From positions 960,001 to 1,024,000 of the forward strand of contig CBDFJG010000003.1 of NCBI GenBank assembly GCA_965248445.1: 64,000 nt of DNA, given 5' to 3'. Origin of the DNA: Planctomycetota bacterium. Lineage in GTDB: Bacteria; Planctomycetota; JAJSAM01; JAJVHW01. This document shows, piece after piece, positions 9,308 through 19,496 of the stretch (its first letter is position 1; every line of letters starts with the position of its first letter). The notes beneath the pieces were generated by a model, which saw only the letters and a list, made by a program, of their open reading frames with translations, was not told the origin of the DNA and did no database searches. The translations under genes and the position numbers were made by a program.

Positions 9308-9341
9308 TACGATGATCGTGACGGGCGATTGATCGTGACGG
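9308..9341 (+). promoter_or_regulatory. Candidate -10 (TACGAT) overlapped by a perfect 12-bp direct repeat TGATCGTGACGG
   Basis: Copies at 9313-9324 and 9330-9341, upstream of the PilM-like gene. Confidence 0.4.
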
Positions 9342-9408
9342 ACGGGCTCCCACGACGTCCGGGCAGGACTCTCGGGAACAATGGGTCCAAGACGGAGAGA
9401 ACCACGAG

Positions 9409-11850
9409 TTGCCGGTACCGAACCCTCTCTGGGGTATTCACGTTGCGCCGGGTGCGATCACCGGTGCGCTCGTGCTGCGCACTGACGACGGCCGATTCGA
9501 GCTGCTGTCGACGGTCGTCGAAGATGCCCCGCAGCTCGAGACGCCCCTCCTGGCCGCCGCGCTGCGATTCCTCGAGCGCAAGGACGTCCGCGGTCGCGCG
9601 GCGCACCTCGCCCTGCCGGACGACGAGGGCAGCTTCGTCGCCGTCGAGCTGACGCAGGAGGAGCAGTTCCTCGACGACCAGGAGCTCGTCCACGAGCTGT
9701 TCGAGCGAACCCCGTTCGAGCCGAGCGAGGGCACGCTCGTGTTCCGCCGCCGGGACGAGGGCGCCGGCCGCGACCTGCTGGTGGCCGCCATGCCGCGCGC
9801 GACGCTCACCCGGCGGGCGGAGACACTCGCGGGGCTGGACCGCGCGTACCACGGCGTCGGACTCACGGGGCCGGCATTCGCCCGCGGGGCCGCGGCGCTC
9901 GGACTCGTCGGCGAGCGGACGATGCTCGTGGACGTGCAACCGGACCTGACGATGGTCACGGCCGTCGCGAGCGGTGACATCCGCCGTTACGTGCTGCCCT
10001 GCGGCCGAGGAGGCCTGGCGCATGACGCGCAGCCGCTCGCGCGCGACCTCCTGCGCGTCGCGCGGTATCACGCAGATCAGGAACGCGGCGGTGCCAACGG
10101 CGGAGAGATCGACGAAGCAGACATCCCGGTCACGGTCTTCGTCGGTCCGGGAGCGTCGAAGGCCCGCGCGGCACTCGCTCCCCATCTGGGGGGGCGTCTG
10201 GCCACCAGCCTGTCGGGAGACGCCCGCGTCAGCCGCCGTGGCGGCACCGGGATCGACGCGGCGGAGGCAGGCGCGATCGCCGCCGCGGTCGGCGCGGCAC
10301 TCGAGGCACACGCGCCAGCCGCCGATCGGATGGCCCTCCGGCCCCCTCCGGACGACGTTCCCGAGTACACAGCACCCGGAGCAGGAAAGAAGTGGCTCGT
10401 CCTTGCAGCGGCGGGCGTGATCGCGGCGATCGCGATTGCCGCGACGCAGCTCGGCGGTGGCACGCAGGGCAACAACGGGAACGGGAACGGGAAGCAGACC
10501 CCGGTCGTGCGGAACGACAACGACGGCGGCAATGGCAGCGTGGTCGTGCCCGAGACCGGCCCCGAGGGCGACCCGGAGGCGGTGCGCGCGCTTCTCGATC
10601 AGGCGGCGGATCGGCGCGCTCTGGCCGGCGCGATCCTCGCTGCGCGGTCCCTCACGGCCGCCGCGCCTCCGGGTAGCGTCCAGTCCATCCGGGTCGAGCG
10701 CGCGCGTGTGGGTGACGGCTACCGGCTCACCGTCACGATGCAGGGAGTGGACGACGAGGCGAGTCGTGGCCTCGCCAACGCATTCAGCGACCTCACCCTC
10801 CGTTCGGACACGGAGGGCACACTGACCGCTCGAGGCCTGATCGAGACCGGACGCGCGGACGACGCCGCGCTCGTCGGGGCCTGGCTCCCGGCGGCGCACA
10901 CCGTGCATCCAGCGCTCACGGATCTCTGGAAGGTGCGCGGCGGCACCACCACGGAAGAGAGTCTGATCGACCTGACACTCCCGCACGCGGACTCCGGTCC
11001 GGCCGTCGGCGAGGCCCTGGTGGCGGCGGCCCCGCCGCGCGCCCTCACCCTGGAGCGGGTGCCGGAGGGCGTTCGCGCCCGCGCCGAGATCGGCGTGCCC
11101 GTCGAGTGGCCGACACTCCTCACCCGCGGCGCCTCGGCGTTCCTCGCGGAGGTCGAGAGTGAGATCGAGGGGACGCTCGGGACCCTCGGCGAAGGGCCGC
11201 TCCTCGGAGCCGGCCCGTCCGCCCCGACGGTGGCGCCCGAAGTGCTCGCAGCGGCAGCCTGCGCCGTGCGCCTGCGCCTGCCCACGGGTTCCGGAACGCT
11301 CCTGCTCGAGCGGGCCGGGCCGGACGAGACGCGCTTCTCGGCCGTGGCCGAGGGCCCGGCCGGGAGCGAACTCGTGGATCACGTCCCGGGGGCGTCGGGG
11401 ACCTATCGCTACAGGGCGCGCGCGACCGGCGGTCAGGCCGGGCCCGAGAGCACGGCAGACGTGGTGATTCCGGTCGAGGTCGTGCTCGTGGCCGCCGACC
11501 CGGATGCGGGGCGCGCGTGGCTGCGTCTGTCCCGCCCATGGCGGGGCGCCGTCGTGACATCCGAGATCGACGTCACGGCGGGCGATTCGGTGGCCGGCAC
11601 GACTGCCCGCGACGGGCTTGAACTGAGTCTGACGACGGTCTTCACGATCGTCTCGGTCGAGACGGTGCTCTCCGAGGAGGGCGTGACCGTCCAGGTGCCC
11701 GGGTTCAACCCCGACGGAAGGGTCCTCCGCGGCCCGGACGGGCGCCCCGTCACGCACGCGACCCAGTGGGCCCGCACCGTGCCCGTTCCGACCGTCCGCG
11801 CGGTCGATGCCGGAGGCCGGACGGCAGTCTGGTCGACACTGGAAAAATGA
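9409..11850 (+). CDS. PilM-like (degenerate actin-fold) / TM / PilN-like / FN3-like fusion protein
   Basis: WGIHVAPGAI, MLVDVQPDLTMV and VFVGPGA resemble eroded PilM motifs; one TM (KKWLVLAAAGVIAAIAIA); late FN3-like segment LLLER...LVDHVPGASGTYRYRARA; directly upstream of a secretin; TTG start with GGAGAG. Confidence 0.55.
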   Translation: MPVPNPLWGIHVAPGAITGALVLRTDDGRFELLSTVVEDAPQLETPLLAAALRFLERKDVRGRAAHLALPDDEGSFVAVELTQEEQFLDDQELVHELFERTPFEPSEGTLVFRRRDEGAGRDLLVAAMPRATLTRRAETLAGLDRAYHGVGLTGPAFARGAAALGLVGERTMLVDVQPDLTMVTAVASGDIRRYVLPCGRGGLAHDAQPLARDLLRVARYHADQERGGANGGEIDEADIPVTVFVGPGASKARAALAPHLGGRLATSLSGDARVSRRGGTGIDAAEAGAIAAAVGAALEAHAPAADRMALRPPPDDVPEYTAPGAGKKWLVLAAAGVIAAIAIAATQLGGGTQGNNGNGNGKQTPVVRNDNDGGNGSVVVPETGPEGDPEAVRALLDQAADRRALAGAILAARSLTAAAPPGSVQSIRVERARVGDGYRLTVTMQGVDDEASRGLANAFSDLTLRSDTEGTLTARGLIETGRADDAALVGAWLPAAHTVHPALTDLWKVRGGTTTEESLIDLTLPHADSGPAVGEALVAAAPPRALTLERVPEGVRARAEIGVPVEWPTLLTRGASAFLAEVESEIEGTLGTLGEGPLLGAGPSAPTVAPEVLAAAACAVRLRLPTGSGTLLLERAGPDETRFSAVAEGPAGSELVDHVPGASGTYRYRARATGGQAGPESTADVVIPVEVVLVAADPDAGRAWLRLSRPWRGAVVTSEIDVTAGDSVAGTTARDGLELSLTTVFTIVSVETVLSEEGVTVQVPGFNPDGRVLRGPDGRPVTHATQWARTVPVPTVRAVDAGGRTAVWSTLEK

Positions 11851-12005
11851 CACGCAGGTGACGGGCGGCATCTAGTACAACCCCCGTCCGAGGAAGACGG
11901 TGCGGCAACGCCGTGGGCTGGGGTCTTGGTGCGTCGGGAAGGCGCGCAGGCCAGGCTCGTTGGGTGGCGTGGTCGCTACACACCCCGAAAGGGAGGGGAC
12001 TGGGA

Positions 12006-14666
12006 ATGAAGACGTCCCGTGTCTATGGAGCACGAGTGATGACGGCGGTCGCCATGGCCGGCGCACTGCTCGCGCTCGGAGCGTGCCAGAGCGGTGAGTT
12101 CAGGTTGCCCGGGAGTTCGGGCGACGCGCCCGACGCGCCGGCGGCCAGTTCGGGTGGATCGACGACTGTCGTTTCCGCAGATCCGACGGGCGCCAGCATG
12201 GATCCACTTCCTGGCGCCGCTGCCGGGAGCATGGACGAGTTGCGTCGCAACAAGTCCGTGCGTGATCAGGCGCGCGCCACGCTGGTGGGTCAGTACACGA
12301 AGCTCGGCGACGAGGCATTTGCCGCGTCCGACTTCGAGGCGGCCAAGAAGGCGTACGCCAACGTGCTGGATCTCGATCCGACGAACATCCACGCGAAGGA
12401 GCGCATCCAGCAGACGGGTGCACTCCTCGGCGAACGGGGCTTCACCGAGGGCGCCGCTCTCGGCATGGCCGCGAACAGTCGTCGCGTCCGCGCGGAACAG
12501 GCCAAGGCCGAGGTGGGCAGTCTCGTCCGCCGGGCGCAGGCCAAGGAGACCGCGGGTGAGGCCGAGGGCGCCGTGGCGCTCTACGAGAAGGCGCTGGTCA
12601 TCACGCAGATGTATCCCGGCACGGTGGACTTCGATCCGACCGAGGCGGGACTCAAGGCGATGATGGGAGCCGCGCGCGGTCGCGCGGACGTTGCCGCCGA
12701 CAGTCGCCGCAAGACGCAGCTCGACGAAGCGCGCCAGGCCGCACGCATCGAAGCGATGCGCGAGCGCCAGGCACGCGAGGCCCGCGCGGACGAACTGCTC
12801 CGTCAGGCCAACGTCGCCATGGAGCGCGAGCGCTACCAGCTCGCCGAGAACCTCGCCAACGAGATCCTCGCGATCGACAGCCGCAACGCACCTGCGAAGC
12901 GGCTGCGCGAGATCGCCAAGGACGCGCGTTTCGCGAAGTCCGACGACGACCTGCAGGCCCGTCTCCTCGAAGAGTGGAAGTACGTCTTCGCCGATCTACG
13001 CGATGCGTACACCCCGCAGGTTGCCGACTACACCTTCCCCGACTCCTGGGCCGATCTGCAGGCCCTGCGCGCTCCGCCGCGCCTGTCGCAGTCCGGCATG
13101 CTCACGGACGATCCGAAGACGCGTGAGATCAAGAACTCGCTCGACGTCCGCAAGACGACCGTGCTGTTCCAGGAGACGAGCATCGACGACGCGGTCGAGT
13201 ACCTCTCCCGCGTCTCGAACACCAACATCGTCGTCCTCCCGAGTGCCCGCGAAGGCCGTTCGGACGACGAACTCGCCATCGACCTGAAGCTCGACACCGA
13301 AGAGACGGTTGCGGGCATCCTCGACCTGCTCACGCGCCTCAAGGGGCTCGCATGGAACGTGCAGGACGGCGTCGTGCAGATCACGACTCCGGAAGAGGCG
13401 CTCGGCGCGCACATCGTGCAGCTGTACGACGTGAAGGACCTGGCGACACCGATCAACAACTTCCCGAGTGAGGAGATCAACCTCGACCCGACCGGTGAGG
13501 CTGTCTTCGAAGAGGACATCCCCGAGCCGGTCCCGGAGTTCCTCCTCGATCGCATCCAGGGACTCATCACGCAGAACGTCGACCCGACCGTCTGGGAAGA
13601 GGGCGGTTCGGTGGAGGGCCTCGAGCCCGGCACGCTGGTCGTCAAGGCGCCCCCGTCCACGCACGGCAAGATCCAGGACCTCCTGGACGGCCTGCGCGGA
13701 GCCGGTGGACTGCAGGTGGCGATCGAGACGCGCTTCGTCACGGTTGAAGACAACTTCCTGCAGGAGGTCGGCGTCGATCTCCGCGGACTCGGTGACGGCA
13801 CCGGCGGCATCGGCGTCCCGGGGCAGGGCGGCATCGCCGGCCCGGCCGGAATCACGATCCCGGTCACGTTCGACGACCTGTTCTTCGGGTCCGCCGGCAC
13901 GCCCGGCGGCATCGGCACCGCCAACGACCTCGGCATCTTCTACGACCTCAACAGCGACGGCGACATCCGCGCCCGTTTTGAGAACCTGTTCGACACGGTT
14001 CTCGGCAAGCAGGGCGTGCTGACAACTCTGGGCGGCCTGTCGTTCCAGGGCACTCTGATCGACGACACGCAGTTGGAGGTCATCCTCCGCGCGGTCGAGA
14101 AGAGTGACCGCTCGACGGTCGTCATAGCGCCGCGCCTGACTGCCTACAACGGGCAGCGCGCCAACGTCACGGTGCTGAACCAGATCAGCTACATCTCGGA
14201 CTTCGACGTCGAGATTGCGCAGTTCTCGCAGATCGGTGACCCGATCGTGCAGACGCTGCGTGACGGCGTCATCCTGGACCTGCGCCCGACCGTCACGGCG
14301 GACCGGCGCTTCATCACGATGGAGCTGCGTCCGACGATCGCGCTGTTGCAGCGTCCGATCGCGACCTTCCAGACCACGCTGGCCAACGGCCCGCCGGTCA
14401 CGATCCAGTTGCCCGAGCTGCGCATCCAGCGCGTCCGCACCACGGTCACCATGCCGGACGGCGGCACGCTTCTGCTCGGCGGATTGAAGTTCTTCGAAGA
14501 GCGTCGCTTGGACTCCACCGTCCCGTGGCTGGACAAGATCCCGGTCATCTCTTTCTTCTTCTCGCGCCGTGGCACCTACCTCGAGAAGCGCAACCTGCTC
14601 GTGCTCATCCGCGCGCGCATCCTGCGACCCGAGGAGAACGAGCCGGGAACGGCATACGGCCGTTAA
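12006..14666 (+). CDS. Lipoprotein secretin A (type II/III secretion, PilQ/GspD-like) with N-terminal TPR region
   Basis: Lipobox LGAC; TPR-like helices; STN/N3-like domains; secretin core QVAIETRF...IAPRLTAYNGQRA...VTMPDGGTLLLGGL...VPWLDKIPVISFFF...NLLVLIRARIL. Confidence 0.85.
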   Translation: MKTSRVYGARVMTAVAMAGALLALGACQSGEFRLPGSSGDAPDAPAASSGGSTTVVSADPTGASMDPLPGAAAGSMDELRRNKSVRDQARATLVGQYTKLGDEAFAASDFEAAKKAYANVLDLDPTNIHAKERIQQTGALLGERGFTEGAALGMAANSRRVRAEQAKAEVGSLVRRAQAKETAGEAEGAVALYEKALVITQMYPGTVDFDPTEAGLKAMMGAARGRADVAADSRRKTQLDEARQAARIEAMRERQAREARADELLRQANVAMERERYQLAENLANEILAIDSRNAPAKRLREIAKDARFAKSDDDLQARLLEEWKYVFADLRDAYTPQVADYTFPDSWADLQALRAPPRLSQSGMLTDDPKTREIKNSLDVRKTTVLFQETSIDDAVEYLSRVSNTNIVVLPSAREGRSDDELAIDLKLDTEETVAGILDLLTRLKGLAWNVQDGVVQITTPEEALGAHIVQLYDVKDLATPINNFPSEEINLDPTGEAVFEEDIPEPVPEFLLDRIQGLITQNVDPTVWEEGGSVEGLEPGTLVVKAPPSTHGKIQDLLDGLRGAGGLQVAIETRFVTVEDNFLQEVGVDLRGLGDGTGGIGVPGQGGIAGPAGITIPVTFDDLFFGSAGTPGGIGTANDLGIFYDLNSDGDIRARFENLFDTVLGKQGVLTTLGGLSFQGTLIDDTQLEVILRAVEKSDRSTVVIAPRLTAYNGQRANVTVLNQISYISDFDVEIAQFSQIGDPIVQTLRDGVILDLRPTVTADRRFITMELRPTIALLQRPIATFQTTLANGPPVTIQLPELRIQRVRTTVTMPDGGTLLLGGLKFFEERRLDSTVPWLDKIPVISFFFSRRGTYLEKRNLLVLIRARILRPEENEPGTAYGR

Positions 14667-14690
14667 GACCGCCACTCACTTTGTTATCCC

Positions 14691-14727
14691 GCGGGGGAGG
14701 CCGACAGGCCTCCCCCGCTCTGATTCT
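14691..14727 (+). terminator. Intrinsic terminator-like hairpin after secretin A
   Basis: Perfect 12-bp stem GCGGGGGAGGCC-GACA-GGCCTCCCCCGC followed by TCTGATTCT. Confidence 0.65.
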
Positions 14728-14788
14728 CGGGCGGGGCTGATTCAGTGCGAGTCGGGACTTCGGTGGGAGTCACGGCTCTGATTCCAGG

Positions 14789-14816
14789 TTGACCGTGTGG
14801 CAGGCCAGGATAGGCT
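14789..14816 (+). promoter_or_regulatory. Candidate sigma70 promoter for the TPR-ExbB-ExbD operon
   Basis: TTGACC-N16-TAGGCT. Confidence 0.35.
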
Positions 14817-15258
14817 CTCCGTTGCCTGGACGTCCCCGCGCGGGTGCCGAAACCCTGTTCTCAGGAAAGGCCCCAGCGCGATGAAGAACCCGCCCCGAAG
14901 CCAGTCCCAGTGCCCGTCTTTGGCGCCCCTACCGCAGGCCGCGCGGGGCTCCTCTCGGCACGCCGCCCCCGAAGCCCCCGCCGCAGCCTCGCCTGCCCCT
15001 GCCGGAGTGCGGACGAATGTTGCGCCCATACCCGCAGCGGCCTACGATCCGCGACTTGTACGTTGGGTAGTGGACCGGGTGGATTCCGGTAGCGGTCGTG
15101 GGGCCGCGCCAGCTGTGTGTTTGACTGGGCAAGACGGCCCGGAATCCGCTTCTCTCCACGGTTCGGAGCCGATCCCCAGTGGACCGCTCCACGTCACGGC
15201 TGCGGGCGCTTCGACCGCCCGGCGCCGCGAATCGGCGACCGTTCCGCACGAGGTGACC

Positions 15259-18252
15259 ATGACGACTCGTTCCCGCACTGTCAGGTATGCACGGGCGCTC
15301 GTGTCCACGCGTACGGTCCGAGCGGTGGTGGCGACGGCTGCGCTCGTTCTCGGGACGTGCTTCGCGCACGCGTCCGACGACGACTTCGACTTCGCGCAGG
15401 CGCTCGCGGCGCGCGGCTACGGCGACCTCGCCGAAGCGCAGTTCCGCAAGATCCTGAACGACCCGAGCCGCTCGGCCTCCGAGAAGGCCGAAGGCCAGTA
15501 CGGGCTCGCGCTGATCAAGTTCACCGCCGCACTGCGGGACGCCAACGTGGAGAACGACGCACGGCGCAAGGGGATGCCCATCGTCCTGGCGGCGTTCGAC
15601 GCCGCGGACAAGGAACTCACCCAGTTCCTGCAGCGCAACCCGACGCACTCGCGCGCGCTCGACGCGAAGCTCTCGAACGCAAAGGTGCAAACGGAGAAAG
15701 CCGACTACGTCAACCGCGCGATCGAGCGCGGCTGGCTGACACCTGACCTGGACGAGAGCAAGCTCAAGCAGCAGGTCGCCGCGGGATACGACCAGGCGAT
15801 CAAGCTGCTCAAGACGGTGCAGGACGACATCAAGATCCGCCTCGTGAAGCTCTCACCCAGCGACGACGGCTACGAAGAGACGTCGAACGAGCACGGCCTC
15901 GTATGGCTCTACAAGATCCAGGCGCTGTACGGGAAGGGCGCCGCGCTCCCCAAGGGCGACGCCTCCGGGATCGCCTCTCTGAACATGGTGCTCACCGAGG
16001 TCGAGAACTTCCTCTGGGACTACGAGGGCACCGTGCGCGGCCTCTGGGGCTTCTACTTCAGCGGCCTGGCGAACTGGAAGCTCGGCAACCCGAAAGACGC
16101 GATGAACGACATCACGTCTGCCGCCACGTCCGCGGACGAGAAGCAGGCAATCCCGGGATCGCTCTCGATCGTGATGATGTCGTTCCAGAAGGCCGCGGAG
16201 ATGGGTCCGGACCTCGCGGACTCGCACGGTCCTCAGTACCTCGAGCGCACCGCGAAGCTGTTCGACAAGCTGCCGCAGACCTGGCCTAGCTACCTCCAGA
16301 CCGCGTACGGCCAGCGCGCAGCGCTCGCCCACGCTAAGATCCTCGCGCTGCAAGGGCAGACGGCCGAGGCCATCGAACTCGTGCAGACCGTCATCCGCAA
16401 GGCGGACGAGCACGGCACCTTCGTCCAGAACGACGGCGGCCGCGTGCTCGGCGAGTTGCTCACGGGCGGCACGTCCGGCGCGGCGCTCGACCCGGCGCTG
16501 CTCGACCGGATCGCGAGCTCGAAGTTCGCCGGAGCCGATTACCGCGGAGCCGTCAAGGCCTACCAGGCCGTAGTGCAGGCCTCCCGCGGCGACAACGCGA
16601 TGATGGATGCGCACGGTTGGCGGGCTTGGGAGCGCATCGGTAACTCGTACGGCGCACTCGAGCGCTTCTACGAGGCGTATGTCGCGTTCGATCACCTGCA
16701 GATCGCCTATCGCGCCGACAACACGAACGAGGTTCTCGAGGGGATCACGAACACGACGGGTTTCTCTCGCGCACAGGTGATCGACCTGCTCGCACGCAAC
16801 GAGAAGGACGAGACCAAGAAGACCGCGCTCGTCGCGCACTCGAAGAAGCTGCTCGAGGAGTTCGCCTCGGACAACCCGAATAGCCCGAAGAACCAGGACG
16901 CCGCCAGCGGTGCGTTCTCTTCCAAGATGAAGGAGATGAAGCAGGCCGCCCGCGAAGGCGACATGCCCAAGGCACGCGCCCTCGCGAAGGAAGCGCGAGC
17001 GCTCGCCGGCAGCATCGCACCGGACAGCAAGACCTTCGACAGGGTCGGTGCCGACCTCGCGAGCATCCACTTGCACCTGAAGGAGTACGACCAGGGCATC
17101 AAGGAGTCGCAGAAGTGGCTCGACAAGGAGCGTCCCACGACGATCGACAGTGCGGTCCGTCGCGCGCGCCGCCAGGGCGCCGCGATCTCGCTGTCCACAC
17201 TCCTCGGCTGCTACTCCCGCCGTCCCGACTCACTCGAGGGCGAGGCCAAGAAGACCGCGTTCACCGAACTTCTTGCCGTCATCGACAAGCACGGCGCGCA
17301 GTACGCCGAGATCACGACACGCGGCAAGCGACAGATGGACACCTGGCGCATCGAGGCTTTGAACGAGCTCGGTCAGGTCGACCAGGCCGATGAACTTCTC
17401 GGCAACCTGCTCGAGGCGGACGCCAACCTCCGCAACGGTCCGTTCCTCGCTCTGCTCGTCGCCAGGGCGCGCGAGCGCGAAGGTGCGGAGTGGGAAGCCA
17501 AGACCGACATGCAGCGTGCGCGCGTGAAGTACCGCCGCGCAGCGCAGCTTTACGAGTACGCCGCCACCAAGGGCGCGGAGTTCCAGGGCCGCGTCCCCAG
17601 TCCGGGCTCGTTCCGTTCCATCGCCAAGAAGTGGATCAGGGCGGGCGAGCTCGACAAGGGCGAGGAACTTCTGAAGAAGGCTCTCGAAGCATACGAGGCC
17701 GCCGGCGAGCAGGAGAGTGCCGACGCGGTGCGCATCGAGCTGATCGGCCTGTTCATCGACCGAGGCAAGTACGACGAGGCGATCGGCCCGCTGGAATCGC
17801 GTCTGGTCGAGGACGAAACAAGCCGCACGGCGGTCTTGACGAAGCTCGGCGAAGCAACCGGGAAACTGACGAACGCCGACATCGAGGAACTGCAGACCAA
17901 GCACCTGATGTCGAAGCAGAAGGGCGTGATCGACCAGCTGTCGCGCGCGTACTTCGAGGCGGCCCGTGAGGACTTCGAACTGATCCGCGCGATCAACCTC
18001 GTGAACCTGTTGCAGTTCGCGACGAGGAAGGACGACCAGCACAACGAGCGGTGGATCGAGTGGAAGCTGCGCGAGGTCAAGGCGTACTACAAGTTCGGCG
18101 AGAACCACGGCGCACCGGACGCCTTCAAGACGTGCGCCAAGATCATCCAGAACTTGGTCACACTGGGCATGCTGGAGCAGTACGACAAGACGGTGCCCGG
18201 ATCGAAGGCGCAGTTCGAAGCGATCCTGAGAGACGCAAAGGCCAAGTCCTGA
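15259..18252 (+). CDS. Large exported TPR/alpha-solenoid protein (about 997 aa)
   Basis: GAGGTG SD before ATG 15259, signal peptide ending AHA, repeated TPR-like helical motifs. Confidence 0.75.
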   Translation: MTTRSRTVRYARALVSTRTVRAVVATAALVLGTCFAHASDDDFDFAQALAARGYGDLAEAQFRKILNDPSRSASEKAEGQYGLALIKFTAALRDANVENDARRKGMPIVLAAFDAADKELTQFLQRNPTHSRALDAKLSNAKVQTEKADYVNRAIERGWLTPDLDESKLKQQVAAGYDQAIKLLKTVQDDIKIRLVKLSPSDDGYEETSNEHGLVWLYKIQALYGKGAALPKGDASGIASLNMVLTEVENFLWDYEGTVRGLWGFYFSGLANWKLGNPKDAMNDITSAATSADEKQAIPGSLSIVMMSFQKAAEMGPDLADSHGPQYLERTAKLFDKLPQTWPSYLQTAYGQRAALAHAKILALQGQTAEAIELVQTVIRKADEHGTFVQNDGGRVLGELLTGGTSGAALDPALLDRIASSKFAGADYRGAVKAYQAVVQASRGDNAMMDAHGWRAWERIGNSYGALERFYEAYVAFDHLQIAYRADNTNEVLEGITNTTGFSRAQVIDLLARNEKDETKKTALVAHSKKLLEEFASDNPNSPKNQDAASGAFSSKMKEMKQAAREGDMPKARALAKEARALAGSIAPDSKTFDRVGADLASIHLHLKEYDQGIKESQKWLDKERPTTIDSAVRRARRQGAAISLSTLLGCYSRRPDSLEGEAKKTAFTELLAVIDKHGAQYAEITTRGKRQMDTWRIEALNELGQVDQADELLGNLLEADANLRNGPFLALLVARAREREGAEWEAKTDMQRARVKYRRAAQLYEYAATKGAEFQGRVPSPGSFRSIAKKWIRAGELDKGEELLKKALEAYEAAGEQESADAVRIELIGLFIDRGKYDEAIGPLESRLVEDETSRTAVLTKLGEATGKLTNADIEELQTKHLMSKQKGVIDQLSRAYFEAAREDFELIRAINLVNLLQFATRKDDQHNERWIEWKLREVKAYYKFGENHGAPDAFKTCAKIIQNLVTLGMLEQYDKTVPGSKAQFEAILRDAKAKS

Positions 18253-18281
18253 TGCGAAGAGACGGGTCCGGAGGAGACGCG

Positions 18282-19436
18282 ATGACTGGAGTTCCCGGGA
18301 ACGGACACCGCGGCGCGGGTGTGCTCGCGTGGGCGCTGCTGCTCGCGGCCGTCGCCCTGCCCGTGCAGACAGCCGACGCGCAAGACGGCGGCAAGCGCCC
18401 TGACGTGATCGTCTACACCGAGAACGGCGAGCGGAAGGAGCGGCGCGACGTCGTCGTCACGTCCGCGTCGCAATCCGAGGTCAAGTTCGAGAGCGGCGGC
18501 CGCGAGAGCAAGATGTCCGGCAGGAACGTCGACCTGATCCTCTGGGGCGACGCCCCACCGGAGTACCAGGTGGGCTGGCGCGCACTCGAACGCCGCGAAG
18601 GCACCGCAGCGAAGAACGCGTTCGAGGCCGTGCTGAACGCCAAGGCGGCCGACGTCATCTCGGGTGACTGGGTGGACGAGTTCGCATACGCCGGTCTTGG
18701 CGAGGCGCACGTCCTCCTCGGCAACTACGACAAGGCGCTGACCGCGTTCGACAAGTCAGCGAAGGCGAACGCGAAGAGCATTCTCGCCGGCCGCGTGCTC
18801 ACGGGAATGGTCGAGGCCGCGCTCGGGAAGAAGGACGGCCCGGGCGCGCTCAAGCACGCGGACGCACTCGCAGCAGCAGGCCGCTCAGGCGGCCGCCCTG
18901 GCTGGGAGCTGGATGCGCACTTCCTCAAGGCGCAGATCCACATGTCGTCCGGCAGCACGTCGTTGGCGACGCAGGCGTACAACGACGCGGCCCGCCTCGC
19001 CGAGCAGCAGTCCAACGCAGCGAAGGACCCGGCAACCAAGAACAGATACGCGAGTCTTCAGCGCACCGCCGCCGCGGCGGAGGGCTGGGTGCTCGTGAAC
19101 AAGGGCGTCGAGAGCAAGTCCCAGTCGGACCTCGACAAGGCGACGCAGCACTTCAAGAGCCTTGCGGCGAAGTTCGGCGAGCAGGACGAAATCCTCTCGG
19201 CGTCGGAGAACGCGCAGGGCGTGATCAAGTTTGCGCGCGACGACCCCGCAGGTGCACTGCAGCACTTCCAGACCGTGGAGGTCCTGTACTTCGGCAGCCC
19301 CGGCGAAGTCGCTCGCTCTCTCTACTACCAGGCACGCTGCTGGGACAAGCTCGGCAACGCGGCGCTGAAGAGCGCGCGTGAGCGCGATCTCAAACAGTAC
19401 TTCCCGAAGTCGGAGTGGGCTCGAAAGCTCGACTAG
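18282..19436 (+). CDS. Exported TPR protein with CpoB/YbgF-like C-terminus
   Basis: GGAGGAG SD, signal peptide ending ADA-Q, AYAGLGEAH...YDKALTAF TPRs, C-terminal LKQYFPKSEWA. Confidence 0.7.
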   Translation: MTGVPGNGHRGAGVLAWALLLAAVALPVQTADAQDGGKRPDVIVYTENGERKERRDVVVTSASQSEVKFESGGRESKMSGRNVDLILWGDAPPEYQVGWRALERREGTAAKNAFEAVLNAKAADVISGDWVDEFAYAGLGEAHVLLGNYDKALTAFDKSAKANAKSILAGRVLTGMVEAALGKKDGPGALKHADALAAAGRSGGRPGWELDAHFLKAQIHMSSGSTSLATQAYNDAARLAEQQSNAAKDPATKNRYASLQRTAAAAEGWVLVNKGVESKSQSDLDKATQHFKSLAAKFGEQDEILSASENAQGVIKFARDDPAGALQHFQTVEVLYFGSPGEVARSLYYQARCWDKLGNAALKSARERDLKQYFPKSEWARKLD

Positions 19437-19496
19437 ACACCTAGTCACAACAGGGAGCCGGGTCCCGACGGAAACCCGGGTAAGGAGTTCGGAACG

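Noticed and set aside
9268..11871. 867-aa minus-strand ORF (similarly 12996-14675, 25506-27845, 58173-60716, 60638-62755)
   Set aside because: Antisense to well-supported genes, with typical shadow composition
11851..12005. c-di-GMP or other riboswitch upstream of secretin A (GCAA and GAAA tetraloop hairpins)
   Set aside because: Stems are only 3-5 bp and the conserved aptamer residues were not recognisable; an Rfam scan would be needed
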